A stretch of DNA of 64,000 nucleotides. It comes from Promethearchaeota archaeon (GTDB lineage: Archaea > Asgardarchaeota > Lokiarchaeia > Sigyniarchaeales > SOKP01). The stretch covers positions 67,320 to 131,319 of the forward strand of contig JAUWGH010000007.1 of assembly GCA_030606485.1 (NCBI GenBank), in the 5' to 3' direction. The first letter of the stretch is position 1, and each line of letters starts with the position of its first letter. The notes beneath the pieces are model-generated. The model worked only from the letters and a program-made list of their open reading frames with translations. It ran no database searches and was not told where the DNA came from. Positions 12,576 through 21,911 of this stretch are shown piece after piece. The position numbers and the translations under genes were made by a program.

Positions 12576-13246
12576 ATAAATTCCCAATTATCAAGTTCTT
12601 CAATAATATTCGTTAATATCTTTTCAGTTTTTGATTCATTTTCTGATTTTAAAATTATAAATAATTTTACTAAATGTTTACATAACTTTTTTTGTCTACT
12701 CTTGCGAGTTAAATAATCATGGCAATCATGAATGATTTTTTTTTTATTTAATTCAACTTCAAATTTATAACGCTTTTCTTTAGTACCACTAACCTCTCCT
12801 CTTATTATTCCTTGATCAATATTAAGTTCGTGAAATGTAAAAGAATTTTTAGAAACTGATACTGACCTATTTAGAGTACTTTCATCTGATAATTCTTTTA
12901 AAAGCATATTAAAAGAACCTTTTCTTTCTTTAGAAAGATCATTCAGACTAATTGCTTTTAAACTAATATCTTCTAGCGCATTTTTCACTTTTTCATTCTC
13001 TTTTTTTTGCAAAGTAATGAAATCTTCTCGTAATTCTTTAGAAAGTAAAATTTTACCACTTTTTTCAACTAAAAAACCTTTTTTTATTAATTCATTGACT
13101 AATTGAACTGATTTATTTGGTTTTAAAAGAAATAATTCAAAAGAAATATAATAAATTAGCTCTTCCCTCCCAATTGAAGGAAGATCTAAGCTCCTCCAAA
13201 TATATATTATCAATTCCTTATGATTTGAAGGTGTTTTATTAATCAT
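12572..13246 (-). CDS. Hypothetical protein, N-terminal wH-like region plus C-terminal SWIM-like zinc-finger motif
   Basis: 224 aa. The C-terminal IHDCHDYLTRKSRQKKLCKHLVKL resembles a SWIM finger (CxC...CxH), with His replacing one ligand. The gene is sandwiched between cdc6 (4-nt convergent overlap) and the PolD small subunit. Confidence 0.55.
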   Translation of the reverse strand: MINKTPSNHKELIIYIWRSLDLPSIGREELIYYISFELFLLKPNKSVQLVNELIKKGFLVEKSGKILLSKELREDFITLQKKENEKVKNALEDISLKAISLNDLSKERKGSFNMLLKELSDESTLNRSVSVSKNSFTFHELNIDQGIIRGEVSGTKEKRYKFEVELNKKKIIHDCHDYLTRKSRQKKLCKHLVKLFIILKSENESKTEKILTNIIEELDNWEFI

Positions 13247-13279
13247 TTTTTTTACAAAAATTAGTTATTATTTAATAGA

Positions 13280-15148
13280 TTAACTATTTAAATTGATTTC
13301 TGTTATTTTCCTTTTATCTAGTTCAACAATACCAATCCTACCTGGAGTTGGATTGATTCCGAAAGATTCCATATATTTAGTTTTATTTTGAAAGCATCCA
13401 CTATTTACTAATAAAATATTACGATAATTCCCAAAACCACTTATATGAATATGACCGGTATGAAAAATATCAGGAATAGTATCAATTACTAACCAGTCTT
13501 TTCTCATTGGAGCAATTAGATTTTTTCCTCCGTATGAGGGCGCTAAATGTCTAAATCTCAATATTTCTTTCATTGATTTTGTGGGTTGTTCGTGAGATAA
13601 ACCTGGAATTGACATATTAAGATCAATTAAACTGTCACCATGAAATGATAATGTTTTTACGCCTTCAGTTTGAATTAAAACTGGATCTCCCACACAAATA
13701 ACACCCAAATCAAACAAACCATCAATATATTTTTTTGGAACAGCGGGTTGAGGCAATGCCTTATGCACGGGCTCATGAGATCCAGGTGAATAAAATATCT
13801 TTATATAAGATGGGATCTCTCTTAATAACTCTGCTGCTTTCTCATATTGTTTATAAATATCTGAAATTTCTAAATTTTCTTTTTGATTGGGATATATCCC
13901 AATTCCATCAATTAAATCTCCTGCTATCATAATATATTTAATTTTACCTGCAAAATCTCTTGTTTTTTGGTTTCCAAACTTTCCATTCAAAAATTTAATG
14001 AATCTTTTCCATAATTTTGGAATAAATTTTTTACTTCCAATATGCAAATCGGAAATTAATGCAATAGATAAAGGAGTATCAGAATATGCTGGGTTAAAAG
14101 AAACTGGTATATCTATTTCTGTAAGATTTCGAACAAAAATTATTCCAGGTCTATTATTTTCCCCAGGTCTATAAAAACCTTCGACGTAAATCATTATATC
14201 ATTTACTAAATAATTCGTTTTTTGGAACAACTCATAATTAATTGAGTCATTTTTTACTAAAAGATTTATTCGTCCAGTTAAATCCTCAATTTGTATCATT
14301 TTATTGTCAGATGATGTTGTTTTAATGCTTATGATTAATCCTATTACTTTTACCTCGCCTACTTGATTTAACCTTAATATATTTGCAATATTATTTGCCG
14401 CTGAAATATTTTCTCGTTTTCTCATTAATTTTTTAAATGAATAAAATCTGTCTTTAAAAAGTTCCATAAAATCTTCGTATGATCCCGAAGTATGCATCTT
14501 TCCGGTTGGATCTTTTAATATCTCATAGTTTGCATTATATTCTTTAGCTAACGGACAATATCTTTTTATACTAGAAGAAATTTGATTTATTTTTATTTTA
14601 TCAATTTCAACCTTACTATCTTGGCTATTATCAATTTTGGAAGAATTTTGAATTTTCGTCTCGTAAGCTGATTCAACATCATAATTTTCAGAAAATAAAT
14701 CGTCTTGATAAATTTCGGGAGGTGAAATTTTCTCGTTAATTTCATTATCTTCTTGCTCACGAATGGTTTCAGATTCAGCTTTAATGTCGTCACTTTCTTG
14801 TTTTTTAATTAAACCTTCTGAAATGTCTGAAATTTTCTCAATTTCAACAACTACATTTTTAGTTTTTATGATATTTTTAAATTTTTGATATTGATTAAGA
14901 TAATTCGTAAAAATGTTTGGTCTTTTATTATTTGGAATCTTTAGTATCTCATCTACTGTAATATGATTGTTAAAAGAAGGTAAGAAACTTGTTTCTTTTA
15001 TTAATATATCAATATTTATATTTGGATCATCTGACTCCAAAATTAAAGTAAATAGTTCTGGTGATATGTTAATACCAGATTTTAATAATTTCTTAATTAA
15101 AAACTTTCTGATCTCTATTTGATTATAACGTGAGTGATTTCTTTCCAT
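13280..15148 (-). CDS. polB: DNA polymerase II (PolD) small subunit DP1
   Basis: 622 aa. The C-terminal calcineurin-like phosphoesterase motifs are ALISDLHIGSK, MIAGDLIDGIGIYP, YSPGSHEP and FHTGHIH. They are preceded by an OB-fold region and an acidic linker, as in DP1. Confidence 0.9.
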   Translation of the reverse strand: MERNHSRYNQIEIRKFLIKKLLKSGINISPELFTLILESDDPNINIDILIKETSFLPSFNNHITVDEILKIPNNKRPNIFTNYLNQYQKFKNIIKTKNVVVEIEKISDISEGLIKKQESDDIKAESETIREQEDNEINEKISPPEIYQDDLFSENYDVESAYETKIQNSSKIDNSQDSKVEIDKIKINQISSSIKRYCPLAKEYNANYEILKDPTGKMHTSGSYEDFMELFKDRFYSFKKLMRKRENISAANNIANILRLNQVGEVKVIGLIISIKTTSSDNKMIQIEDLTGRINLLVKNDSINYELFQKTNYLVNDIMIYVEGFYRPGENNRPGIIFVRNLTEIDIPVSFNPAYSDTPLSIALISDLHIGSKKFIPKLWKRFIKFLNGKFGNQKTRDFAGKIKYIMIAGDLIDGIGIYPNQKENLEISDIYKQYEKAAELLREIPSYIKIFYSPGSHEPVHKALPQPAVPKKYIDGLFDLGVICVGDPVLIQTEGVKTLSFHGDSLIDLNMSIPGLSHEQPTKSMKEILRFRHLAPSYGGKNLIAPMRKDWLVIDTIPDIFHTGHIHISGFGNYRNILLVNSGCFQNKTKYMESFGINPTPGRIGIVELDKRKITEINLNS

Positions 15149-15482
15149 GCCCTATTAGCAAATTCCATAAATTTTTTAAATATTAACTTATAAAATCCAA
15201 CAATTTTAATTCTATTTGAATATTTTTTATATTTTTTTAATAACCTCTTAAGATATAAACAAAAGAAAATAATAAATGAAAACTCCATTTTACTTTATTA
15301 ATTTTTACAATTAATCAAAGTAATATAATAAATTTTTTATATTTTTATAAAAAATAATAGCACTGTATATCGCTTTAACAGATATTGAATATCTCCTTAA
15401 TAATAGGAATAAAATATAATATGGTACTATATAGTTTTACATTACAGATTTTACAACTATAAAAAAGAATATTTGGTTTAGT

Positions 15483-18400
15483 ATGGTAGTATTAAGTAAA
15501 CGGCAAGAAGAATATTTTAATGAGCTAGAACAACGAATAAATCAAATTTATGATATTGCAAAAGAAGCGAAAAGTAGGGGGTTAGATCCATCAACAGATG
15601 TAGAGTCTCCTATTGCTAAGGATCTTGCTGGGAGAGTAGAAACTTTAATTGGACCAAAAGGAATTGCTAAACGCATTAGAGAGTTAAAAGCGAATGGATT
15701 AAATGAAGATGAAATTGTATTTGAAATTGCAACAGAAATATTAGATAAAAAATTAGGTAACATTGAATCAAAGGATGAAAGAGTTGATAGAGCAATTAGA
15801 GCAGCATTAGCGATTAAAACACAAGGTGTTGTTTCAGCTCCATTGGAAGGAATTTCAAGAATTCTTATCCGAAAAGACAATTTAGGTAACTCTTATTTAT
15901 CTTTGTACTTTGCTGGACCTATACGAGCCGCTGGTGGAACAACGACTGCATTATGCATATTACTTGCTGATATGGTAAGAAAAAAAATAAATTTAGCTAA
16001 ATATAAGGCTACTGAGGGAGAAATTGGGCGAATGGTGGAAGAAATAAAACTTTATAATCGTATTTTAAATTTGCAATATCCTGCATCTAATGAGGAAATT
16101 AGATTTGCAGTTAAAAATTTACCTGTAGAAATTAATGGAGACCCAACAGAAAAAGAAGAGGTATCAGCTTTTCGGGATCTCCCTCGAATAGATACTAATA
16201 GAATTAGGGGTGGTGCATGTTTAGTTTTAAATGACGGAATCCTTTTAAAAAAAAGCAAACTTCAAAAGATTACCAAGGAAATGAATTTAAGTGGATGGGA
16301 ATGGCTGGATGAGTTAATAAAAGTATCTGAATCAGGTGAATCGAAATTAAATAAAGAGAATATAATATCTAAGCATCAAAAAATTGTGAAAAATGAAAAA
16401 TTCATTGCTGATATTATCGCTGGAAGACCAGTCTTTAGTTATCCTTCAGAAACTGGAGGTCATCGAATTCGCTACGGTAGGTCACGCAATAGTGGATTGG
16501 CTGCATGCGGGATGCATCCAGTAACAATGACTCTTTTAGATAATTTTGTAGCCATTGGCACTCAAGTTAAAATAGAAAGACCCGGAAAAAGTGCCTCTAT
16601 TGTTCCAGTTTCTAGTATTGAAACACCAATTGTTCTGTTAAAAAATGGAAACGTAGTAAAGATAAAAACCAAATCTATGGCTAATAAATTATACAAAGAT
16701 ATTGAAAAAATTCTCTTTTTGGGAGATATTCTTATTAGTTTTGGAGAATTTGTTGAAAATAATCATATTTTAGTCCCATCTGGATATTGTGAAGAATGGT
16801 GGGCTCTAGATTTAAAGAATTCATTGGAAAAGAATAAAGAAAAAATTAAAAAATTTCCCATTGAGGAAGAGAGATTAAAATCTTATCATACGGACTTCTT
16901 TAAAAAGATACCTTCTGCGGAAGAAGCAATTGCTATTAGTAAAATTCTAAATATTCCACTTCATCCGGTTTATACTGATTTTTGGAATAACTTAACATTA
17001 AAAGAAATCATCTCATTAAGAAAGTTCTTTATAGATAATTATAAAAATGGGATTTTAACTTTGGATATAATTCCAGAAATTAAATCTATCCTAGAGAAAG
17101 CTTTTATCCCGCATAGAATTATTGACAATAAAATTGTATTTAGCAAGGCAAAAAATAAAATCTATGAGGAAATTTTCGGTTTAAAATCTAAAAAAGATAT
17201 TGATCTCTCTAAAATATCAAATATCTTTGACTTATTCAATTCATTATCTGCCATGAAAATCAAAAATATGTGTTACCATTATATAGGATCCCGGATGGGG
17301 CGACCAGAAAAATCTGAAGAAAAGAAAATGAAACCTCCAATTCATGTATTATTTCCCTTAAGTAAAAAAGTAGGCAGCTCTCGTACTATTCAAAAAGCAA
17401 TTGAATTGGGTAAGATCAAAATTGATATTTGCAGAAAAAAATGCCCTAATTGCAATACGATTACTATTTTTAATAAATGCAACACATGTGGAACTCACAC
17501 AAATTTCCAAAAATTTTGCCCTAATTGCAAGAAATTCGTTGATGCAAAAAATGTATCTTGTCCATATTGTAACGGAATGCTGAAAAACTCAACTCCAGCA
17601 TTATTCAATTTTAAAAAATATGTTAATTCAATTATGAAAGAGATAAATCATTCTCTTCCCAATGTCAAGGGTGTATATGGGCTTACAAATTTAATGAAAG
17701 TTGCAGAACCACTCCAAAAAGGAATCTTGAGAGCATTACACGGAGTTTTTGTATATAAAGATGGCACAATTCGTTATGATGCAACTGATCTCCCATTGAC
17801 ACACTTCAAACCAAATGAAATTGGTACTTCTATAAAGAAACTAATTGAATTTGGTTATTTATATGACATTTATGGGAAACCTCTTGAAAACAATGAACAA
17901 ATTCTTGAATTAAAAGTACAAGATATTCTTTTATCTGAACATAGTGCAAAATATTTTGTAAAAGTTGCCAATTTTCTTGATGATGAATTGAAAACTTTCT
18001 ATAATATAAATCCATTTTATAATATTAAGAATACATCTGATTTAATAGGCCAAATCTTTATAGGCTTAGCACCCCATACTTCCGCAGGAATAATTGGGAG
18101 AGCTATTGGCTTTTCATCAGCTAGAGCTATTTACGCACACCCTTTCTGGCATGCTGCGAAACGTCGAAATTGTGATGGGGATGAAGATGGATTGATGCTA
18201 TTAATGGATTGTTTACTTAATTTTTCACTGCATTATCTTCCAAGTAAAATTGGAGGAAAAATGGATGAACCACTTGTTATATCAGTAAGGCTTGACCCAA
18301 ATGAAATTGATTCAGAGGCCCATAACATTGATACTCTTTATCAATATCCCTTAGAATTTTATGAAAGTACAGAGAAATATTTGGATCCTATTGAAATAAT

Positions 18401-18926
18401 AGATAAAATGGAATTGGAAAGCACACGTCTCGGATCTGAACTCCAATTTGAACAACTTGGATTCACTCATCCCACTGAATCAATTAATGCTGGCCCTCTT
18501 ACTACGGCTTATAAATTATATGAAACAATAGATGAAAAAATACATGCTCAATTATATTTGGCAAAAATCATAAAGTCTGTAAATGTCCAAGATGTTGCCA
18601 GAAGAATTTTAAAAACTCATTTTACTCCTGACATTCTTGGAAACCTGCGTTCATTCACCAATCAAAACTTTAGGTGTGTTAAATGTAATGAAAAATATAG
18701 AACCCCACCTTTATACACAGGAGGAATATGTAAGTGTGGTGGAAAAATCATCTTAACAGTGAATCGTGGTGGGATCGAAAAATATATACCCCGGTCATTA
18801 AAGATAATAAAAGAATTTGATTTAGATAATTATACTAAACAAAGAATGGAATTAATTGAGTCATACGTAAAATCCGTAGCTAACAATCCAAAAATAAGGC
18901 AACATCATTTATCAGACTTTTTCTAA
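15483..18926 (+). CDS. polC: DNA polymerase II (PolD) large subunit DP2
   Basis: 1147 aa. It has the N-terminal YFNELEQRINQIYDIAKEAKSRGLDPS pattern, several CxxC zinc clusters (CPNCNT...CNTCG, CPNCKK...CPYCNG, CVKCNE...CKCGG) and the catalytic-core block NCDGDEDG. Its length argues against an intein. Confidence 0.95.
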   Translation: MVVLSKRQEEYFNELEQRINQIYDIAKEAKSRGLDPSTDVESPIAKDLAGRVETLIGPKGIAKRIRELKANGLNEDEIVFEIATEILDKKLGNIESKDERVDRAIRAALAIKTQGVVSAPLEGISRILIRKDNLGNSYLSLYFAGPIRAAGGTTTALCILLADMVRKKINLAKYKATEGEIGRMVEEIKLYNRILNLQYPASNEEIRFAVKNLPVEINGDPTEKEEVSAFRDLPRIDTNRIRGGACLVLNDGILLKKSKLQKITKEMNLSGWEWLDELIKVSESGESKLNKENIISKHQKIVKNEKFIADIIAGRPVFSYPSETGGHRIRYGRSRNSGLAACGMHPVTMTLLDNFVAIGTQVKIERPGKSASIVPVSSIETPIVLLKNGNVVKIKTKSMANKLYKDIEKILFLGDILISFGEFVENNHILVPSGYCEEWWALDLKNSLEKNKEKIKKFPIEEERLKSYHTDFFKKIPSAEEAIAISKILNIPLHPVYTDFWNNLTLKEIISLRKFFIDNYKNGILTLDIIPEIKSILEKAFIPHRIIDNKIVFSKAKNKIYEEIFGLKSKKDIDLSKISNIFDLFNSLSAMKIKNMCYHYIGSRMGRPEKSEEKKMKPPIHVLFPLSKKVGSSRTIQKAIELGKIKIDICRKKCPNCNTITIFNKCNTCGTHTNFQKFCPNCKKFVDAKNVSCPYCNGMLKNSTPALFNFKKYVNSIMKEINHSLPNVKGVYGLTNLMKVAEPLQKGILRALHGVFVYKDGTIRYDATDLPLTHFKPNEIGTSIKKLIEFGYLYDIYGKPLENNEQILELKVQDILLSEHSAKYFVKVANFLDDELKTFYNINPFYNIKNTSDLIGQIFIGLAPHTSAGIIGRAIGFSSARAIYAHPFWHAAKRRNCDGDEDGLMLLMDCLLNFSLHYLPSKIGGKMDEPLVISVRLDPNEIDSEAHNIDTLYQYPLEFYESTEKYLDPIEIIDKMELESTRLGSELQFEQLGFTHPTESINAGPLTTAYKLYETIDEKIHAQLYLAKIIKSVNVQDVARRILKTHFTPDILGNLRSFTNQNFRCVKCNEKYRTPPLYTGGICKCGGKIILTVNRGGIEKYIPRSLKIIKEFDLDNYTKQRMELIESYVKSVANNPKIRQHHLSDFF

Positions 18927-19116
18927 TCCTATCCTAAATCAAATTTTTTACTCACTTCTATTAAAACGCGATTATAAAAAATCTAAATTAATATTACAAT
19001 TGATTTTTTAAATAAGCAAAATTATGTTAAAATTATAAGAAACAGTAAATGTAATTAATATTTTACTTAAGAATCCACAAAAAAAATAGTGTTTAAAGAA
19101 AGGTATTGGTTTTAGA

Positions 19117-21516
19117 TTGAGTACTGAAAACCCACTGCAAAGAACCATCAAGTTAAAAATGGATCTTCTTTCAAGTGATTATGATTTATGCATAGAACGT
19201 ATTAAATTCTTTACCGAAATATATAAAGAAAACAAAGAAGACCCTGAAATTTTGAAAAGAGCTAAGGCACTTGCACACACTTTAAAGAACATGACTATTT
19301 TTATTAGAAATGATGAATTGCTTGTCGGAAATGAAACGAGTAAAAATTTAGGTGAGAAAATCAATTTTGATTTACTTTCCTATGATGATAATTTTAGTAA
19401 ACGTAGTAGTATTTTAAAATTCGGAAAAAGAAAACTTCAACCTTTCCAAATTGAAGATCATGAAATTGATGATTTATTAGAGATTGTTCCATTTTGGAAG
19501 GGAAAAGCTTTATATAGTGAAATTATATATCAACGATTGGTTGATGAAAAGCTTATCAGTAGCTCTAGAAAGTTAGCTGCTGTTGTTCCTAATATCGCTA
19601 TCCAAATAGGAACTTCTGAAGGTCATTTATCTGCTGGTTATGAAAAATTACTAAAACTAGGTTATGCTGGAATAATTAAAGAAGCTGAATCATATCAAAA
19701 ACTACTAGATAAGAATGATCATAAATATCAGGAAAAAAAAGATTTTTATGAAGCTGTAAAGATATATTATAAAGCAGCCATTGATTTTTTATTACGTTAT
19801 TCAGATCTTGCTTATGTAAAAGCATATAATGAAAAAAATGACCAGCGAAAAAATGAACTCGAAACCATTGCAGAAATGATGAAAAAATTTGGTCAAAAGC
19901 CTCCTGATTCCTTCTATGAAGCGATTCAGTATATATGGTTTACTCAAAATATAATAAACATCATTTATAATAGAAGTGTTGTCGCTTTAGGAAGATTAGA
20001 TCAAATCTTATGGCCCTATTATCAAAAAGATTTAAAACAAAATAAGATTACTCACGAATTTGCTTTAGAATTAATAGAAGAATTAAATTTAAAATTAACT
20101 TGGAATGTTACAATATTACCAACAGATTATACAATGATTGCCAATGCACTAGGTCAAAACACTCAAACAATAACTATTTCTGGGATGGATAAAAATGGAG
20201 TTGATGCCACAAATGATCTTTCTTATCTCTTTCTTGAAGCTTATAGAAATCTAAAGATTTTTACTACGGACTTATCGGTAAGAATACACAAAAATACACC
20301 AAAAGAATTTTTTAAAGAAACAATAAAAGTTTTCAAATACACCTCAGGAATAGCATTTTATAATGATGATATAATAATCCCATCATTGGTTAAAGCAGGA
20401 TATTCTTTAGAAGATGCTCGAGATTATGTTTTAATTGGATGCGTTGAACCTACTGGGCAAGGTAACAGTTTTGAAGCAACTGCTCGAATGTTTCTGAATT
20501 TACCTGGTGTTTTAGAATTAACTTTGAATAATGGGTATAGTAATATGTCAAAAATTGTTGATGGATTACAGACTGGAGATCCAACAATCTTTAAGACTTT
20601 TGAAGATCTTTTAGTAGCATTTATTCATCAATTAAAATTTAATATAAATAAGTCAGTAAAAATAGCAGAAGTGGGTGATATTGAAGTAATGAAATACTTT
20701 CAAGATCCATTCATTTCAGCTACATTAAAAGGATGTATGGAGAGTGGTAAGGATTATGTTTGTGGAGGTGCAAAATATAACTTTTCTTCCATAACCGGGT
20801 ATGGTTTTGCAACATTAGTTGATTCATTATTTAACATTAAAAAAGTAGTATATGAAGAAAACCTAATATCGCTTCCTGAATTCATTCAAATTATGAATTC
20901 TAATTTTAAAGATAAAGAATTATTTCGACAAAAATTGATTAACAACTATGATAAATGGGGAAATGATAAAAAAAATATTGATTCCCTTGCAATAGAGTTA
21001 TGGGATTTATATAGTTCTGAAGTTGCTAAATATGTATCACTCAGAGGAGGTAGATATAATGCCGGAGCATATTCAATGGGTATACATGTTATGGAAGGTT
21101 TTTTTACCAGACCTACTGCTGATGGAAGAAAAGCAATGGAACCGATATCAAATAGTTTATCTCCCGTAAATAAAGTTGAAAAAAATGGAATTACAGCAAT
21201 TTTAAATTCTGTAGCAAAATTAAATTATGATTACGCTACAAATGGAGTTGCAGTTAACATTAGAATTCATCCGCAAAATCTTGAAAAGGAGGAAAACGTA
21301 GACAAATTTTATTTCTTATTAAAATCCTACTTTGATTCAGGGGGTATGCAAATTCAACTAAATGTAGTTTCAACAGAAACTCTTAAAGATGCTCAGAAAC
21401 ATCCTGAAAAATACATTGATTTAATCGTAAAAGTAGGTGGATATAATGCAACATTTATTGATCTTGGAACACCAATTCAAAATGACATAATTAACAGGTT
21501 AGAAAATATTTTTTAA
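19117..21516 (+). CDS. Glycyl radical enzyme, PFL2/dehydratase-type (pyruvate formate-lyase superfamily)
   Basis: 799 aa. The C-terminal glycyl-radical motif is VKVGGYNATFIDLGTPIQNDIINR (RVxGY type). The active site is the single-Cys LIGCVEPTGQG (GCVEP type, not the CC of true PFL). TTG start. Confidence 0.9.
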   Translation: MSTENPLQRTIKLKMDLLSSDYDLCIERIKFFTEIYKENKEDPEILKRAKALAHTLKNMTIFIRNDELLVGNETSKNLGEKINFDLLSYDDNFSKRSSILKFGKRKLQPFQIEDHEIDDLLEIVPFWKGKALYSEIIYQRLVDEKLISSSRKLAAVVPNIAIQIGTSEGHLSAGYEKLLKLGYAGIIKEAESYQKLLDKNDHKYQEKKDFYEAVKIYYKAAIDFLLRYSDLAYVKAYNEKNDQRKNELETIAEMMKKFGQKPPDSFYEAIQYIWFTQNIINIIYNRSVVALGRLDQILWPYYQKDLKQNKITHEFALELIEELNLKLTWNVTILPTDYTMIANALGQNTQTITISGMDKNGVDATNDLSYLFLEAYRNLKIFTTDLSVRIHKNTPKEFFKETIKVFKYTSGIAFYNDDIIIPSLVKAGYSLEDARDYVLIGCVEPTGQGNSFEATARMFLNLPGVLELTLNNGYSNMSKIVDGLQTGDPTIFKTFEDLLVAFIHQLKFNINKSVKIAEVGDIEVMKYFQDPFISATLKGCMESGKDYVCGGAKYNFSSITGYGFATLVDSLFNIKKVVYEENLISLPEFIQIMNSNFKDKELFRQKLINNYDKWGNDKKNIDSLAIELWDLYSSEVAKYVSLRGGRYNAGAYSMGIHVMEGFFTRPTADGRKAMEPISNSLSPVNKVEKNGITAILNSVAKLNYDYATNGVAVNIRIHPQNLEKEENVDKFYFLLKSYFDSGGMQIQLNVVSTETLKDAQKHPEKYIDLIVKVGGYNATFIDLGTPIQNDIINRLENIF

Positions 21517-21586
21517 TCAAACTTAAATTAAGAAAACACGAAATTTTGTTTCTTAATTATTTTTATCTAAAATTAAAAAATTTAAT

Positions 21587-21699
21587 TGGTGAAGGAGGGG
21601 GGATTTGAACCCCCGAAGGCCTACGCCAATGGAACCTCAGTCCATCACCTCTAATCTCTTGATCTATATCAAGATTTGACCATGCTTGGCGACTCCTTC
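21587..21699 (-). tRNA. tRNA-Leu (anticodon GAG) with a 25-nt intron in the D loop (21651-21675)
   Basis: Read on the minus strand. Acceptor GAAGGAG/CUCCUUC, T arm GGGGG-UUCAAAU-CCCCC, anticodon arm AUGGA-CUGAGGU-UCCAU, long variable arm GGC-GUAG-GCC, and discriminator A followed by a genomic CCA (21589-21587). The gene body is 110 nt, against ~85 nt expected for class II tRNA-Leu. Confidence 0.85.
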
Positions 21700-21911
21700 T
21701 CGATTTAGAATTTTTTAAAGAAATAAAGTCCAATTAATTATTTTAATAAAAAATTAAAAATTTTTCCAATTTAATTAGAAAAACAAATATTTAGATTATC
21801 ATCCGAATAAGTTATTAATTTTATCTAAAAAATTTTTATTAAAGTCTATTATATTTTACTTAATTCTTATATTATTTACAATTATAACTATAATTATATT
21901 AATTCCATGTC

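Noticed and set aside
15149-15482. Second AT-rich spacer, between the PolD genes, considered as an alternative origin (ATTCCAT/ACTCCAT motifs)
   Set aside because: Only 5-6-nt similarities to the cdc6-proximal spacer. It is adequately explained as a divergent promoter region.
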